From assembly GCA_964517765.1 (NCBI GenBank), contig CAZFEN010000003.1, forward strand, positions 15,880-79,879: 64,000 nucleotides of DNA. The letters are read 5' to 3'. The position numbers and the translations under genes were made by a program. Origin of the DNA: an uncultured Actinomycetota bacterium. Its GTDB lineage: Bacteria > Actinomycetota > Humimicrobiia > Humimicrobiales > Humimicrobiaceae. A model generated the notes under the pieces. The model worked only from the letters and a program-made list of their open reading frames with translations, did no database searches and had not been told where the DNA came from. This document shows positions 52,390 to 61,425 of this stretch, one piece after another (within the stretch, counting starts at the first letter, position 1; each line of letters opens with the position of its first letter).

Positions 52390-54048
52390 TTATTTTAATA
52401 CTGCCCCTTTTGCTGCCGAAGATACCAGCCTTGAATATCTGGCAAGATAACCTTCTTTTATCTTAGCTTCCGGGGGGTACCAGTTTTTCATTCTTTCTTT
52501 GATTTCCTCATCACTGACAAGGAGATTTATCTTTTTTTCAGGTATATTTATTTCAATTATATCTTCTTCCTTTACAATACAGATCGGACCCCCTGCCTGA
52601 GCTTCAGGTGATATGTGACCAATAGAAGCTCCTCTTGTGGCGCCGGAAAATCTTCCGTCTGTAATCAGGGCAACTTCTTTATCCAGTCCCATTCCTGCTA
52701 TGGCCGATGTTGGGGCAAGCATTTCTCTCATTCCGGGTCCCCCTCTGGGACCTTCATATCTTATTACTACTACATCTCCGGAATTTATTTTTCCGTCCAT
52801 TATAGCTTCAAGAGCTTCTTCTTCGCTATCAAATACCCTCGCTTTTCCTTTATGATTATACATCGAAGGATCCACGGCTGATTTTTTGACAACACACCCA
52901 TCGGGTGCGAGATTCCCGTATAATATTGCGATACCCCCGTCCTTTAAATAAGGATCCGAAACTTCTCTTATGACCTCTTTATTTATAATATCTGCCCCGT
53001 ATATATTATCTTTTACTTTTTTACCACTTACAGTTTGTAAGTCGCCATTTATCAGATTATTTTTTAAAAGCTCATTCATAACCGCTTCTACTCCGCCGGC
53101 CCCGTATAGATCTTCCATATGATGTTTACCTGCAGGGCTTATTCTGCATAAATTAGGAGTCCTTCCGCTTATTTCATTTACAAGATCCAGAGTAAATACG
53201 ATTCCTGCTTCATTAGCAATTGCAGGTAGATGCAGAACAGTATTTGTTGAGCACCCAAGTGCCATATCGACCGCAAGCGCGTTTTTTACTGCATCTATGG
53301 TTACTATATCTCTTGGTTTTATATTATTATTAACAAGATCCATGATCTTGATTCCTGTAGTTTTTGCCAGCCTTAATCTTTTAGAATAATAAGAAGGGAT
53401 GGTCCCATTTCCCGTAAGTCCCAGCCCTATTGCTTCCGAAAGACAGTTCATTGAATTTGCTGTGAACATTCCCGAGCAGCTTCCGCAGGTGGGACATGCT
53501 TCCTCTTCTATTGACTTTAAATCTTCCTCCGTATATTCACCTTTATTATATTTACCGATAGCTTCATAACATGTACTGTAATCAATGCGTTCACCTTTGA
53601 ATTCACCCGACAGCATGGGCCCTCCGCTTATTAAAATGGCTGGAATATTTAACCTTAATGCCGCCATCATCATCCCGGGAACAATTTTATCGCAGGAGGA
53701 TATAAGTACCAGACCATCAAAAGGATGTGCCATGGATACTGCTTCTATGCTGTCTGCTATTATCTCTCTGGTGGCCAGGGAATACTTCATCCCGATATGA
53801 TTCATCGCCACTCCATCACATACGCCTATTGTAGAGAATTCCTGGGGAGTGCCCCCGCCAATCCTTATTCCTGCTTTTACTGCTTTCGCAATACTCTCAA
53901 GATGCATATGACCGGGAATCAATTCATTTTCCGAATTGACAACTCCGATTATAGGCTTCTCTATTTCTTCATCGGTATATCCCAGGGATTTAAAAATAGA
54001 TCTGTGGGGCAGCCTTTCGACTCCTTTTTTCATTATATCGCTTCTCAA
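52390..54048 (-). CDS. ilvD: Dihydroxy-acid dehydratase
   Basis: 'CDKIVPG', '[10 protein letters not shown]', 'GCSTN', '[13 protein letters not shown]', 'TDGRFSG'; TTG start behind SD ACAGGAGG. Confidence 0.97.
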   Translation of the reverse strand: MRSDIMKKGVERLPHRSIFKSLGYTDEEIEKPIIGVVNSENELIPGHMHLESIAKAVKAGIRIGGGTPQEFSTIGVCDGVAMNHIGMKYSLATREIIADSIEAVSMAHPFDGLVLISSCDKIVPGMMMAALRLNIPAILISGGPMLSGEFKGERIDYSTCYEAIGKYNKGEYTEEDLKSIEEEACPTCGSCSGMFTANSMNCLSEAIGLGLTGNGTIPSYYSKRLRLAKTTGIKIMDLVNNNIKPRDIVTIDAVKNALAVDMALGCSTNTVLHLPAIANEAGIVFTLDLVNEISGRTPNLCRISPAGKHHMEDLYGAGGVEAVMNELLKNNLINGDLQTVSGKKVKDNIYGADIINKEVIREVSDPYLKDGGIAILYGNLAPDGCVVKKSAVDPSMYNHKGKARVFDSEEEALEAIMDGKINSGDVVVIRYEGPRGGPGMREMLAPTSAIAGMGLDKEVALITDGRFSGATRGASIGHISPEAQAGGPICIVKEEDIIEINIPEKKINLLVSDEEIKERMKNWYPPEAKIKEGYLARYSRLVSSAAKGAVLK

Positions 54049-54128
54049 TTTTCCTCCTGTCCTCTAAAATTTATTTATAATATATTTAAACAATATAACC
54101 AATAATCTCGAGATTCTTATTAAGGATA

Positions 54129-54168
54129 TTACAGGATTATTAGGTTAAGGTAAATTACAATCCTGTAA
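54129..54168 (-). promoter_or_regulatory. Hairpin of the putative ilvD attenuator
   Basis: 10-bp perfect stem ttacaggatt / aatcctgtaa with a 20-nt loop, starting directly after the leader stop codon. Confidence 0.55.
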
Positions 54169-54321
54169 CTAGGATAGAATACCCACTGAAGCCAGTAGAC
54201 CGATTAGAATTAAAGGAATACAAACAAAAAGAGAAGTAATATTTACTTTATTACATGTAAAATGAGTGTTTAAGAAGCTATTTTTAAGTTTTTTAGTAAA
54301 AATATACTTATTTGTATTCAT
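54169..54321 (-). CDS. Putative ilvD leader peptide, 50 aa: MNTNKYIFTKKLKNSFLNTHFTCNKVNITSLFVCIPLILIGLLASVGILS
   Basis: Hand-translated ORF; 12 of the last 20 codons are Ile/Leu/Val; a second in-frame ATG lies at 54330; no clear SD. Confidence 0.6.
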   Translation of the reverse strand: MNTNKYIFTKKLKNSFLNTHFTCNKVNITSLFVCIPLILIGLLASVGILS

Positions 54322-54351
54322 AATAGTCATCGAAAATTTATTTGAAGAAAC

Positions 54352-54380
54352 ATGATAACATAGATACTTTACTAAAACAA
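54352..54380 (-). promoter_or_regulatory. Promoter of the ilv leader/operon, TTGTTT-17-TATCAT (extended -10 TG)
   Basis: -35 at 54380-54375, -10 at 54357-54352, 17-nt spacer counted. Confidence 0.55.
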
Positions 54381-54382
54381 TT

Positions 54383-54427
54383 AAAAATTTACAGGGCTTA
54401 AACCTCCCCGGCTAAACCCTGTAAATT
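54383..54427 (-). terminator. Intrinsic terminator after the protease gene
   Basis: aatttacaggg (54386-54396) / ccctgtaaatt (54417-54427) inverted repeat followed by a U-run on the - strand. Confidence 0.7.
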
Positions 54428-54476
54428 CAATCATTTATTAATACTTCTGATATTTATCTAAATCTTATGATATTTG

Positions 54477-55628
54477 TTATTCAGAAGAAACTCCCGGTTC
54501 TATAATTTTAACTTCCGTCCCCTCCTTGAACTCAACATCTTCACCTTTATTTATAGCTTCCTGCGCCTTCGACCTGTATTCCTGAGCCTGGAGATGTTTC
54601 TGATTCAGGTTCAGCACACTATTAAAGTGCTTTATGGCTTCCGTATAATATTTTAATCTGTACATAACAAGCCCCTGCCTGAACTCTTCGTCTACCATAC
54701 CCTGTTTATTGGTAACACCATTTCTGCTCAATATCTCTTTTATATCATTACTGGGTCTTAAGTAATTATTGGTCTCGTCTGTGAACATGGTAAATATTCC
54801 CACAACCTGACCGTTAGAATTTAGAACAGGTCCTCCGCTGTTTCCCGGTCTGGCATCCCCCTGGACCTGAAGGACTTCCGTACCGCTCAACATCAGCCTT
54901 CCACTTATATTACCGTTCGTTATTGTAGGATTCAGTACATTCTCCTGACCTATATCGGATGTCCACGGATATCCTATTATTGTAAGATTATCCTGTACTT
55001 CCACCATCGAAGAGTCCCCGACCATTGCACCTGAAAGAGCTTTACCTGTCTGCGGTTGAATTTTTATAAGGGCAATATCTCTCTGGTCCCAGCCACTGAA
55101 ATCTATTACCTCGGCTCTGATAAAAGTCTCGTTGTCTGCAGGATTGTCGGGTATTCCAGAACTTGCAGCATTGAACTGTACATAAACCTCTCTATCGTAG
55201 GAACCGCCTTCAAATCCCTCGACCCTTATGTTCTCATATGCCCAGTTCCAGTCGGCATCCAGCCAGTCATCCAGCTGGCTGCCATAAGTTTCGGTCAAAT
55301 AGGTGTATATCAGATCATATTTGAAATCCACTTCGCTGACCTCAACCATGTGTCCAGCTGTGATTATATGGCCCGTATCGGGATTTACGCAAAAACCTGT
55401 TCCATTAAAAGCTTCATAATAAGCATCGCTCCATACGTTATCCCAGGGATCAAGAACATACCCCCAATAATAAGTAGTTATAAAACAAACCGAGGGTTGA
55501 GTTAAAATCACCTGGTCCTGAGAAGTAAGTTCATATGAAACACTCTTTTCTTCACAGCCCATGCATGAAAAACTGATCACAAATATCAGAATCAGACATA
55601 ACAACAACCATTTAAATTTTTTACCCAT
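54477..55628 (-). CDS. Lipoprotein trypsin-like serine protease with C-terminal TPR-like helices
   Basis: Signal peptide and lipobox ('SFSCMGC'); catalytic triad 'TAGH', 'RDIALIK', 'GNSGGP'; no PDZ domain; start re-set to ATG 55628. Confidence 0.8.
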   Translation of the reverse strand: MGKKFKWLLLCLILIFVISFSCMGCEEKSVSYELTSQDQVILTQPSVCFITTYYWGYVLDPWDNVWSDAYYEAFNGTGFCVNPDTGHIITAGHMVEVSEVDFKYDLIYTYLTETYGSQLDDWLDADWNWAYENIRVEGFEGGSYDREVYVQFNAASSGIPDNPADNETFIRAEVIDFSGWDQRDIALIKIQPQTGKALSGAMVGDSSMVEVQDNLTIIGYPWTSDIGQENVLNPTITNGNISGRLMLSGTEVLQVQGDARPGNSGGPVLNSNGQVVGIFTMFTDETNNYLRPSNDIKEILSRNGVTNKQGMVDEEFRQGLVMYRLKYYTEAIKHFNSVLNLNQKHLQAQEYRSKAQEAINKGEDVEFKEGTEVKIIEPGVSSE

Positions 55629-55814
55629 TTTCACCCCATCCTTATTATTAAAATACAAATTTTTATTAGTATATAAATAATATATTTAATTATATTTTCT
55701 TTTAGCTGCTTAGTCAATAAATATATTAAATTATTATTATATTTTCAATAATACTTATTATAAATATTTTTTATAAAAAAATATAAAAATAAATATTTTT
55801 AAATAATAATTATA

Positions 55815-56930
55815 TTAGTTATTTAAAATTCTTGTATAATATTCAATATACTTTGGTACTATCAATTTGCTATCAAAAAATTTAGCTCTTTTTCTGGCCT
55901 CTAAACCCATTTCTAATCGGATTTCCTTACTTTCAAGTATTTTCACGGCTGCTTCACTCATAGAATCGATATCTCCAGGATCAAATAAATAACCTGATTT
56001 CCCATTTTCAATTACTTCTTTTAGTCCCCCTACATTTGTTCCGATAACAGGAACCCCGCAGCTTAATGCTTCCAGTGCAGAAAGTCCGAAACCCTCACTT
56101 TTCGAAGGCAGCATATAAACATCACTGATATTAAGAAGCGGGATTATGTTTTCCTGGACGCCAAGGAAAAACGCACTACTGCCCAGATTGAATTTACACA
56201 CAAGATCCCTGATCTTGCACATATCGGGTCCATCGCCCACAAGAAGCAATTTACTTTTTACTTCTTTGCTTACTTTCTGGAATACTTTAACAATATTCTC
56301 TATTCTCTTAACCGGTCTGAAATTGGAAATATGTATAATTACTTTTTCATCCGGATCAACAAATTCCATATTTTCTCTGTTTTTTGATGTCCTTTTATAC
56401 TTTTCGGTATCTACAAAATTATAAATCACTTCCATTTTTTTATTTGTCCTGAAAATCTTTTGAGTCGTTTCTTTCAGATAATTTGAGACACAGGTAACAC
56501 CATCACTTTCCTCTATGCTGAATTTGGTAATTCTATAAAAAGACTGATGGTTACCAACAAGCGTGATGTCAGTTCCATGCAAAGTAGTTATAAATCTGAT
56601 CCTGCTCCCTATTATTTTCTTTGCCAGATAAGCTGAAGTCGCATGAGGCATAGCGTAATGCACGTGAAGAAGGTCCAATTTTTCGGATTCTATGACTTCA
56701 GCCATTTTTGCACTCAATGAAAGACTGTAAGGAGGATACTTAAAAAGTGAGTATTCCATGGTTTCTACTTCATGAAAAAAAATATTCCTGTAAAACCTGC
56801 TCAACCTGAACGGAAGGCGATAGCTTATGAAATGTATATTGTGCCCTCTTTTTGCAAGTTCGATACCCAGTTCGGCAGCTATTGCTCCACTGCCTCCGTA
56901 AGTCGGATAACAGGTCATTCCTATGTTCAT
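55815..56930 (-). CDS. bshA: N-acetyl-alpha-D-glucosaminyl L-malate synthase
   Basis: 'CYPTYGGSG..A.ELG', 'LHVHYAMPHA', 'TTLHGTDITLVG', 'HISNFRPVKR', 'EGFGLSALEA'. Confidence 0.93.
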   Translation of the reverse strand: MNIGMTCYPTYGGSGAIAAELGIELAKRGHNIHFISYRLPFRLSRFYRNIFFHEVETMEYSLFKYPPYSLSLSAKMAEVIESEKLDLLHVHYAMPHATSAYLAKKIIGSRIRFITTLHGTDITLVGNHQSFYRITKFSIEESDGVTCVSNYLKETTQKIFRTNKKMEVIYNFVDTEKYKRTSKNRENMEFVDPDEKVIIHISNFRPVKRIENIVKVFQKVSKEVKSKLLLVGDGPDMCKIRDLVCKFNLGSSAFFLGVQENIIPLLNISDVYMLPSKSEGFGLSALEALSCGVPVIGTNVGGLKEVIENGKSGYLFDPGDIDSMSEAAVKILESKEIRLEMGLEARKRAKFFDSKLIVPKYIEYYTRILNN

Positions 56931-57019
56931 ATATTCTTCTCGCTATCTACTCAGGGGGTCACGGATTTAAAAATAAACCGGTCTGGTTTATAGATAAACC
57001 GGATTCATTTCTATACTTT

Positions 57020-57760
57020 TTACTTCAAATACTTAAAAAATTCAAGAGGATCATCGATTCTTATACCGGATTCCATATAATATGGTTCCCCGTATTCTGC
57101 CTTTACTTTTAATCCCGAGCATTGATGCCTGCTGTTTACTATATTAAAGAAATACCTGGAAGCTATATGGGTAATTTCTTCTTTTGGGACATCGCTGTAG
57201 AACTGGGACGCATAAGCAGCGACCGCACTGGATTTTTGTTTATAATACTGGCTTATATCTACTATAAAACTGGGTTTGAATTCATAATGAAGCATATAAC
57301 TTATCACTGCATAGGGTCTGTGATTGTCGAGACCGGTTTTAAATTTCCTGAGGCCGGAGATAAAAATAGCATCTTTTAGCAACTTGTGGGAATTTTCATG
57401 ATCGGGATGTCTGTCTTTCCAGAAAGGTATGAGCACAAGATCAGGCCTGTACTTTCTTATGGAATTTATCACCTTCAATCTGCTTTCAGGATCGTTATTG
57501 ATATTTCCGTCTTCAAGTCCCAGATTTTCTCTGATATCCAATCCCAGGATCTTCGATGCTTCTTTTGTTTCTTTTTCTCTGGTCTCAAGGTCACCGTTAG
57601 TGGAAAGCTCAGCTCTGGTAAGATCTATTATTCCTGTGCTGTAACCTTTATCTTTTAATTTTAAGAGAAGCCCTCCGCAGCCCATTTCTGCATCATCCGG
57701 GTGAGGGCTGAAAGCAATTACATCTATTTTAATCACATCTATCATATTTACTTTTTCCAC
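57020..57760 (-). CDS. bshB1: Bacillithiol biosynthesis deacetylase BshB1
   Basis: 'HPDDAEMGCGG', 'DLTRAELS..G', 'DRHPDH'; lies between bshC and bshA; alternative ATG start at 57745. Confidence 0.9.
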   Translation of the reverse strand: MEKVNMIDVIKIDVIAFSPHPDDAEMGCGGLLLKLKDKGYSTGIIDLTRAELSTNGDLETREKETKEASKILGLDIRENLGLEDGNINNDPESRLKVINSIRKYRPDLVLIPFWKDRHPDHENSHKLLKDAIFISGLRKFKTGLDNHRPYAVISYMLHYEFKPSFIVDISQYYKQKSSAVAAYASQFYSDVPKEEITHIASRYFFNIVNSRHQCSGLKVKAEYGEPYYMESGIRIDDPLEFFKYLK

Positions 57761-57767
57761 TTATCTT

Positions 57768-59432
57768 CTAAATAATTTCCAAAAATTTATGTGAAAAATC
57801 CATTGGCTTTATGGCAGAATCTATATCATTTAAAAACTCAAATCCATATTTATTCAGATAACTGAATATATTAATCTCACGCTCCTGTAAATTACCATTC
57901 GGAAATATATTTGTATAAATTTTCTTTACACTTTCTACAACAAATTCATCCTGTTTTTTTAACCCGGAATATAGTTTCTTGTTGAGAACCTTTATCTCTT
58001 TTTTTAAATTTCTTTTAATTCTATCAAAAGAATCCGAAATATTCATTTCAATATCTAAAAATGCTTTTTCCAGTTTCTCAAGTCTTTCACTGATATCTTT
58101 TTCCAGATCCAGCATTGACCCTTCCAGATCGATCTCCATTCTCTTGCTTATTATTTGTTTCGTTATCTCTTCTTCGTCCGGGACTAACATTGCATCGGTA
58201 ATTTTAAACTTTTTAAAAAGTTTCCTTATTTTCCTTTCGATTATAGTTGCAGAAAATCTTGGATATATTACCGGCATTTTTAAACCATAAAGATCATATA
58301 GGGGTCTTAACTGAGCAAAGTAACTTATTTCCCCTGGTCCGCAAATCGAACATAAAACCGGCAGCAGACTATCCTGAAACAAAGGTCTTAATGCTGCATT
58401 CAGGCTAATACCTGCCGGACTACTTGCTATTAAATCCCAGAATTCCTTTTTGTTATACACTTTATTTCCAATCTTAAATGAATCTTCACCATCCGGGTAT
58501 ATTCTTTTCCTTGTGCCGCCCTCACAATAGAAAAAATCAAGTATTTCCGCTGCTGAGTTTAACTGGCTGTGATAACCGCTGCTATTTAATTCTTCACCAG
58601 TTGAGTTTATGAGACCGCTTATCTTGTTATGATTATTTACATCAGATTTCAGCAGGTCCTGACCTGATTTCTTTAGATTATTATCAGCGGGATCTATAAT
58701 AACAAGGCCATGATCCGAAAACATCCTGGTAACCACACCTGAAAAAAAAGCAGCAATATTTAACCTGCCGCCGCTACTTGAACAATTCTTCATGATATCC
58801 GATAGACTATTTTTTAAAAAATTGATAATTCCGGATTTAAAACCAGTCGGGTAAAGAAGATCCTCAAGTCTTTTAATCATATCCTTTAATCTGTCTTCCG
58901 GAAGATCGATATCCGAGTATCTTGTCTTCCTGTCAAAACCTGAAAGATCAAGTTTAATATTTAAAATCTCACCATTAATTATATTAAGATTATCGACCTG
59001 ATCTGCGCTGTCATCATCAGATGCGTTCCAGAAACATGGAATCACCGGTATCTCTAATTCCCTGTGAAAAAAATTACTCAATTTCAATATGGTCAGTATC
59101 TTAAATATCATAAACAGAGGACCTGTCAAAAAACCGGGTTGCTGTCCGCCTATTATTACCACTGATTTCCTGTTTTTAAGTTTATCTATATTTTCTAAGG
59201 TTTTTTGGCTGCAGCCAATCTTTTTATTGTAATTTTCTAATATGCTGCAAATTTCTGTCCTTTTTTTTTCATCATAGTCCGCTTTAATATCAAAAACTCT
59301 TTTTTTATAACTTTTTATATCCCTGTAATCATATTCATAAAATTTACTGATATTTTTATAATCAAAAATATAATCCAGGAGCAGTTTATTATAATAAAAT
59401 TTCGCGGTCCTTATTTCTTTTGATTCGATCAT
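57768..59432 (-). CDS. bshC: Bacillithiol biosynthesis cysteine-adding enzyme BshC
   Basis: 554 aa; 'GGQQPGFLTGPLF', 'WNASDD', 'GPGEISYFAQL', coiled coil, 'FPNGNLQERE'. Confidence 0.9.
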   Translation of the reverse strand: MIESKEIRTAKFYYNKLLLDYIFDYKNISKFYEYDYRDIKSYKKRVFDIKADYDEKKRTEICSILENYNKKIGCSQKTLENIDKLKNRKSVVIIGGQQPGFLTGPLFMIFKILTILKLSNFFHRELEIPVIPCFWNASDDDSADQVDNLNIINGEILNIKLDLSGFDRKTRYSDIDLPEDRLKDMIKRLEDLLYPTGFKSGIINFLKNSLSDIMKNCSSSGGRLNIAAFFSGVVTRMFSDHGLVIIDPADNNLKKSGQDLLKSDVNNHNKISGLINSTGEELNSSGYHSQLNSAAEILDFFYCEGGTRKRIYPDGEDSFKIGNKVYNKKEFWDLIASSPAGISLNAALRPLFQDSLLPVLCSICGPGEISYFAQLRPLYDLYGLKMPVIYPRFSATIIERKIRKLFKKFKITDAMLVPDEEEITKQIISKRMEIDLEGSMLDLEKDISERLEKLEKAFLDIEMNISDSFDRIKRNLKKEIKVLNKKLYSGLKKQDEFVVESVKKIYTNIFPNGNLQEREINIFSYLNKYGFEFLNDIDSAIKPMDFSHKFLEII

Positions 59433-59529
59433 TTAAATATAAAAACTTATTAAATAAAAAACTAACCTGTATAATATTTTACATATTATCGTATAATTAT
59501 CCATGCAATAAATAGTCATCATAAGAAAA

Positions 59530-60999
59530 TTGAACTCAAATTTAACATTGCATTTTAAAAAACCATTTAATGTCGGAGAAATATTTCATCCTGACGCTTC
59601 AGGCAGCAGTGGAGGAATCAATTGCTCCGAGAACATAAAACTAAAGGCAAGAATAGATAAAAATATAATCAGCGATATAAAATTTAAGGCATTTGGCTGT
59701 AATTATACCATTGCCGCAGCCAGTTATCTTACCACTCTGATTAAAAACAGGGATATTCTCAGGTCCGCTCTCATAACCGGAAAAGAATTGGAAAAACATC
59801 TTGGAAAATTTCCAGCAGGTAAAAAATATGTGCTTAATATAGCTATAAATGCTCTTAACAACCTGATCAGCGACTATATTTCAAAATCTCATAATGGAAG
59901 TATTTATGAAAAAAACACCAAAAGAGTTGCAGTTGCCATGAGCGGAGGAATCGACAGTTCAATGGCCGCCAAACTTTTAAAAGACGATGGATGGGAAGTA
60001 ATCGGCATCACAATGAAATTGCTTCCCGATGATTTTTACTGGAAGAATAATACAAAGACCTGTTGTTCCCTTGAAGACATAAAAACAGCAAGAAAAGTAT
60101 CTCTCAAACTCGATATTCCGCATATTGTAATAAACTTTGTGGGTCCATTTGAAGAAAATATAATAAATCCGTTTTGTATGGAATATCAAAAGGGCCATAC
60201 CCCCAATCCCTGCGTGGAATGTAATAAATACATCAAATTTGGAGCACTTCTGGAAAAAACAAAAACTCTTGGTGCAAGTTATCTGGCTACCGGCCATTAC
60301 TGCAGGATCGAAAAATCACTCTGTAGCGGACTATTTGAAATTAAAAAAGGAATCGATAAAAGCAAGGACCAGAGTTATGTATTATGGAAACTCAATCAAG
60401 ATCAACTATCGATGATAAAGACTCCGATAGGAATCTTTACTAAAGACTATATAAAAAAAGAAACCGGAAAGATTTTCTCTTTTTTAAAAAAGAGAAGTGA
60501 GAGTCAGGACATTTGTTTTATACCTGAGAATAATTATCATTCATTTCTGGCATCAAAACTCCGGAATATAAAGCAAGGAACAATTTTAAATACCAGAGGG
60601 GAAATTATCGGAACACATAAAGGATATCCTTTTTATACTGTGGGCCAGAGAAAAGGCATGGGTATAAGCCATTCAAAACCACTATACGTAAAAGAAATAA
60701 TACCGGAAAAAAATATCATTATAGCAGGTGAAGAAAAAGATATTTTACAGAGATCTTTGAAGGTCAAAGATATCAATTTTATTGCCGGCAGTCCCCCCGG
60801 AAACAATTTCAAATCAATGGTTAAAATAAGATACAGCTTTAAGGAAACCCCTGCTGAAATAAAAATCGAAAATAAAAAAACATCCACTATTACATTCGAT
60901 ACTCCGCAAAAAGCTGTTACACCCGGACAATCGGCAGTTTTTTATATCGATGATACCCTGATAGGAGGAGGAGTAATCATGAAATCTTTAAAATCTTAG
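59530..60999 (+). CDS. mnmA: IscU/NifU-N-like domain fused to tRNA 2-thiouridylase MnmA (CxxC type)
   Basis: Residues ~1-120: 'HFKKPFNVG', 'NCSE', 'FKAFGC..TIAAAS'; then 'AMSGGIDSS', 'TPNPCVECN', 'LATGHY', 'KDQSY', 'SQDICF', 'VTPGQSAVFY'. Confidence 0.92.
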   Translation: MNSNLTLHFKKPFNVGEIFHPDASGSSGGINCSENIKLKARIDKNIISDIKFKAFGCNYTIAAASYLTTLIKNRDILRSALITGKELEKHLGKFPAGKKYVLNIAINALNNLISDYISKSHNGSIYEKNTKRVAVAMSGGIDSSMAAKLLKDDGWEVIGITMKLLPDDFYWKNNTKTCCSLEDIKTARKVSLKLDIPHIVINFVGPFEENIINPFCMEYQKGHTPNPCVECNKYIKFGALLEKTKTLGASYLATGHYCRIEKSLCSGLFEIKKGIDKSKDQSYVLWKLNQDQLSMIKTPIGIFTKDYIKKETGKIFSFLKKRSESQDICFIPENNYHSFLASKLRNIKQGTILNTRGEIIGTHKGYPFYTVGQRKGMGISHSKPLYVKEIIPEKNIIIAGEEKDILQRSLKVKDINFIAGSPPGNNFKSMVKIRYSFKETPAEIKIENKKTSTITFDTPQKAVTPGQSAVFYIDDTLIGGGVIMKSLKS

Positions 61000-61271
61000 T
61001 CTTCTATCCCCCAGTACTCTTCTGCTTCTTTCTCCATCTTCATGAGCCTGTCATAGTAATCCGGAAATTCATTCAAATGAGCAAGAGCAATTTTTCCAGT
61101 TATCGATGGATCGTCATCAGAAACATTAGTATTGGGATCGATTTTTCCATGCTCCAATTCGACATCCATTCCTACTCTGAATTGCTCTGTATCGAACTTG
61201 GACCAATCGATTCCGAGTTCTTTACCAATGTTCATCGCTTCTTCGGCAGTAAAGTGTTTCTTTTCACTCAT
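60996..61271 (-). CDS. Small acidic protein, DUF5661-like
   Basis: 91 aa; 'GMDVELEHG', 'IALAHLNEFPDYYDRL'; SD AAAGGAG; stop overlaps the convergent mnmA stop. Confidence 0.7.
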   Translation of the reverse strand: MSEKKHFTAEEAMNIGKELGIDWSKFDTEQFRVGMDVELEHGKIDPNTNVSDDDPSITGKIALAHLNEFPDYYDRLMKMEKEAEEYWGIED

Positions 61272-61391
61272 ATTTCACTCCTTTCCAATATAATTTTATC
61301 ATTAATAATCCAAATCCTCTTATAAAATTATAAAATATCTGATTTTAATTTCAAGATTTAAAAAAGTTCTCTAAAAATATCAAAATGCCTA

Positions 61392-61420
61392 TTGACATAA
61401 ATGGAACCATTTGTTATATT
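61392..61420 (+). promoter_or_regulatory. Sigma70-type promoter TTGACA-17-TATATT with palindrome AAATGG-AA-CCATTT in the spacer
   Basis: -35 at 61392-61397, TG-extended -10 at 61415-61420, palindrome 61399-61412. Confidence 0.7.
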
Positions 61421-61425
61421 TAATT

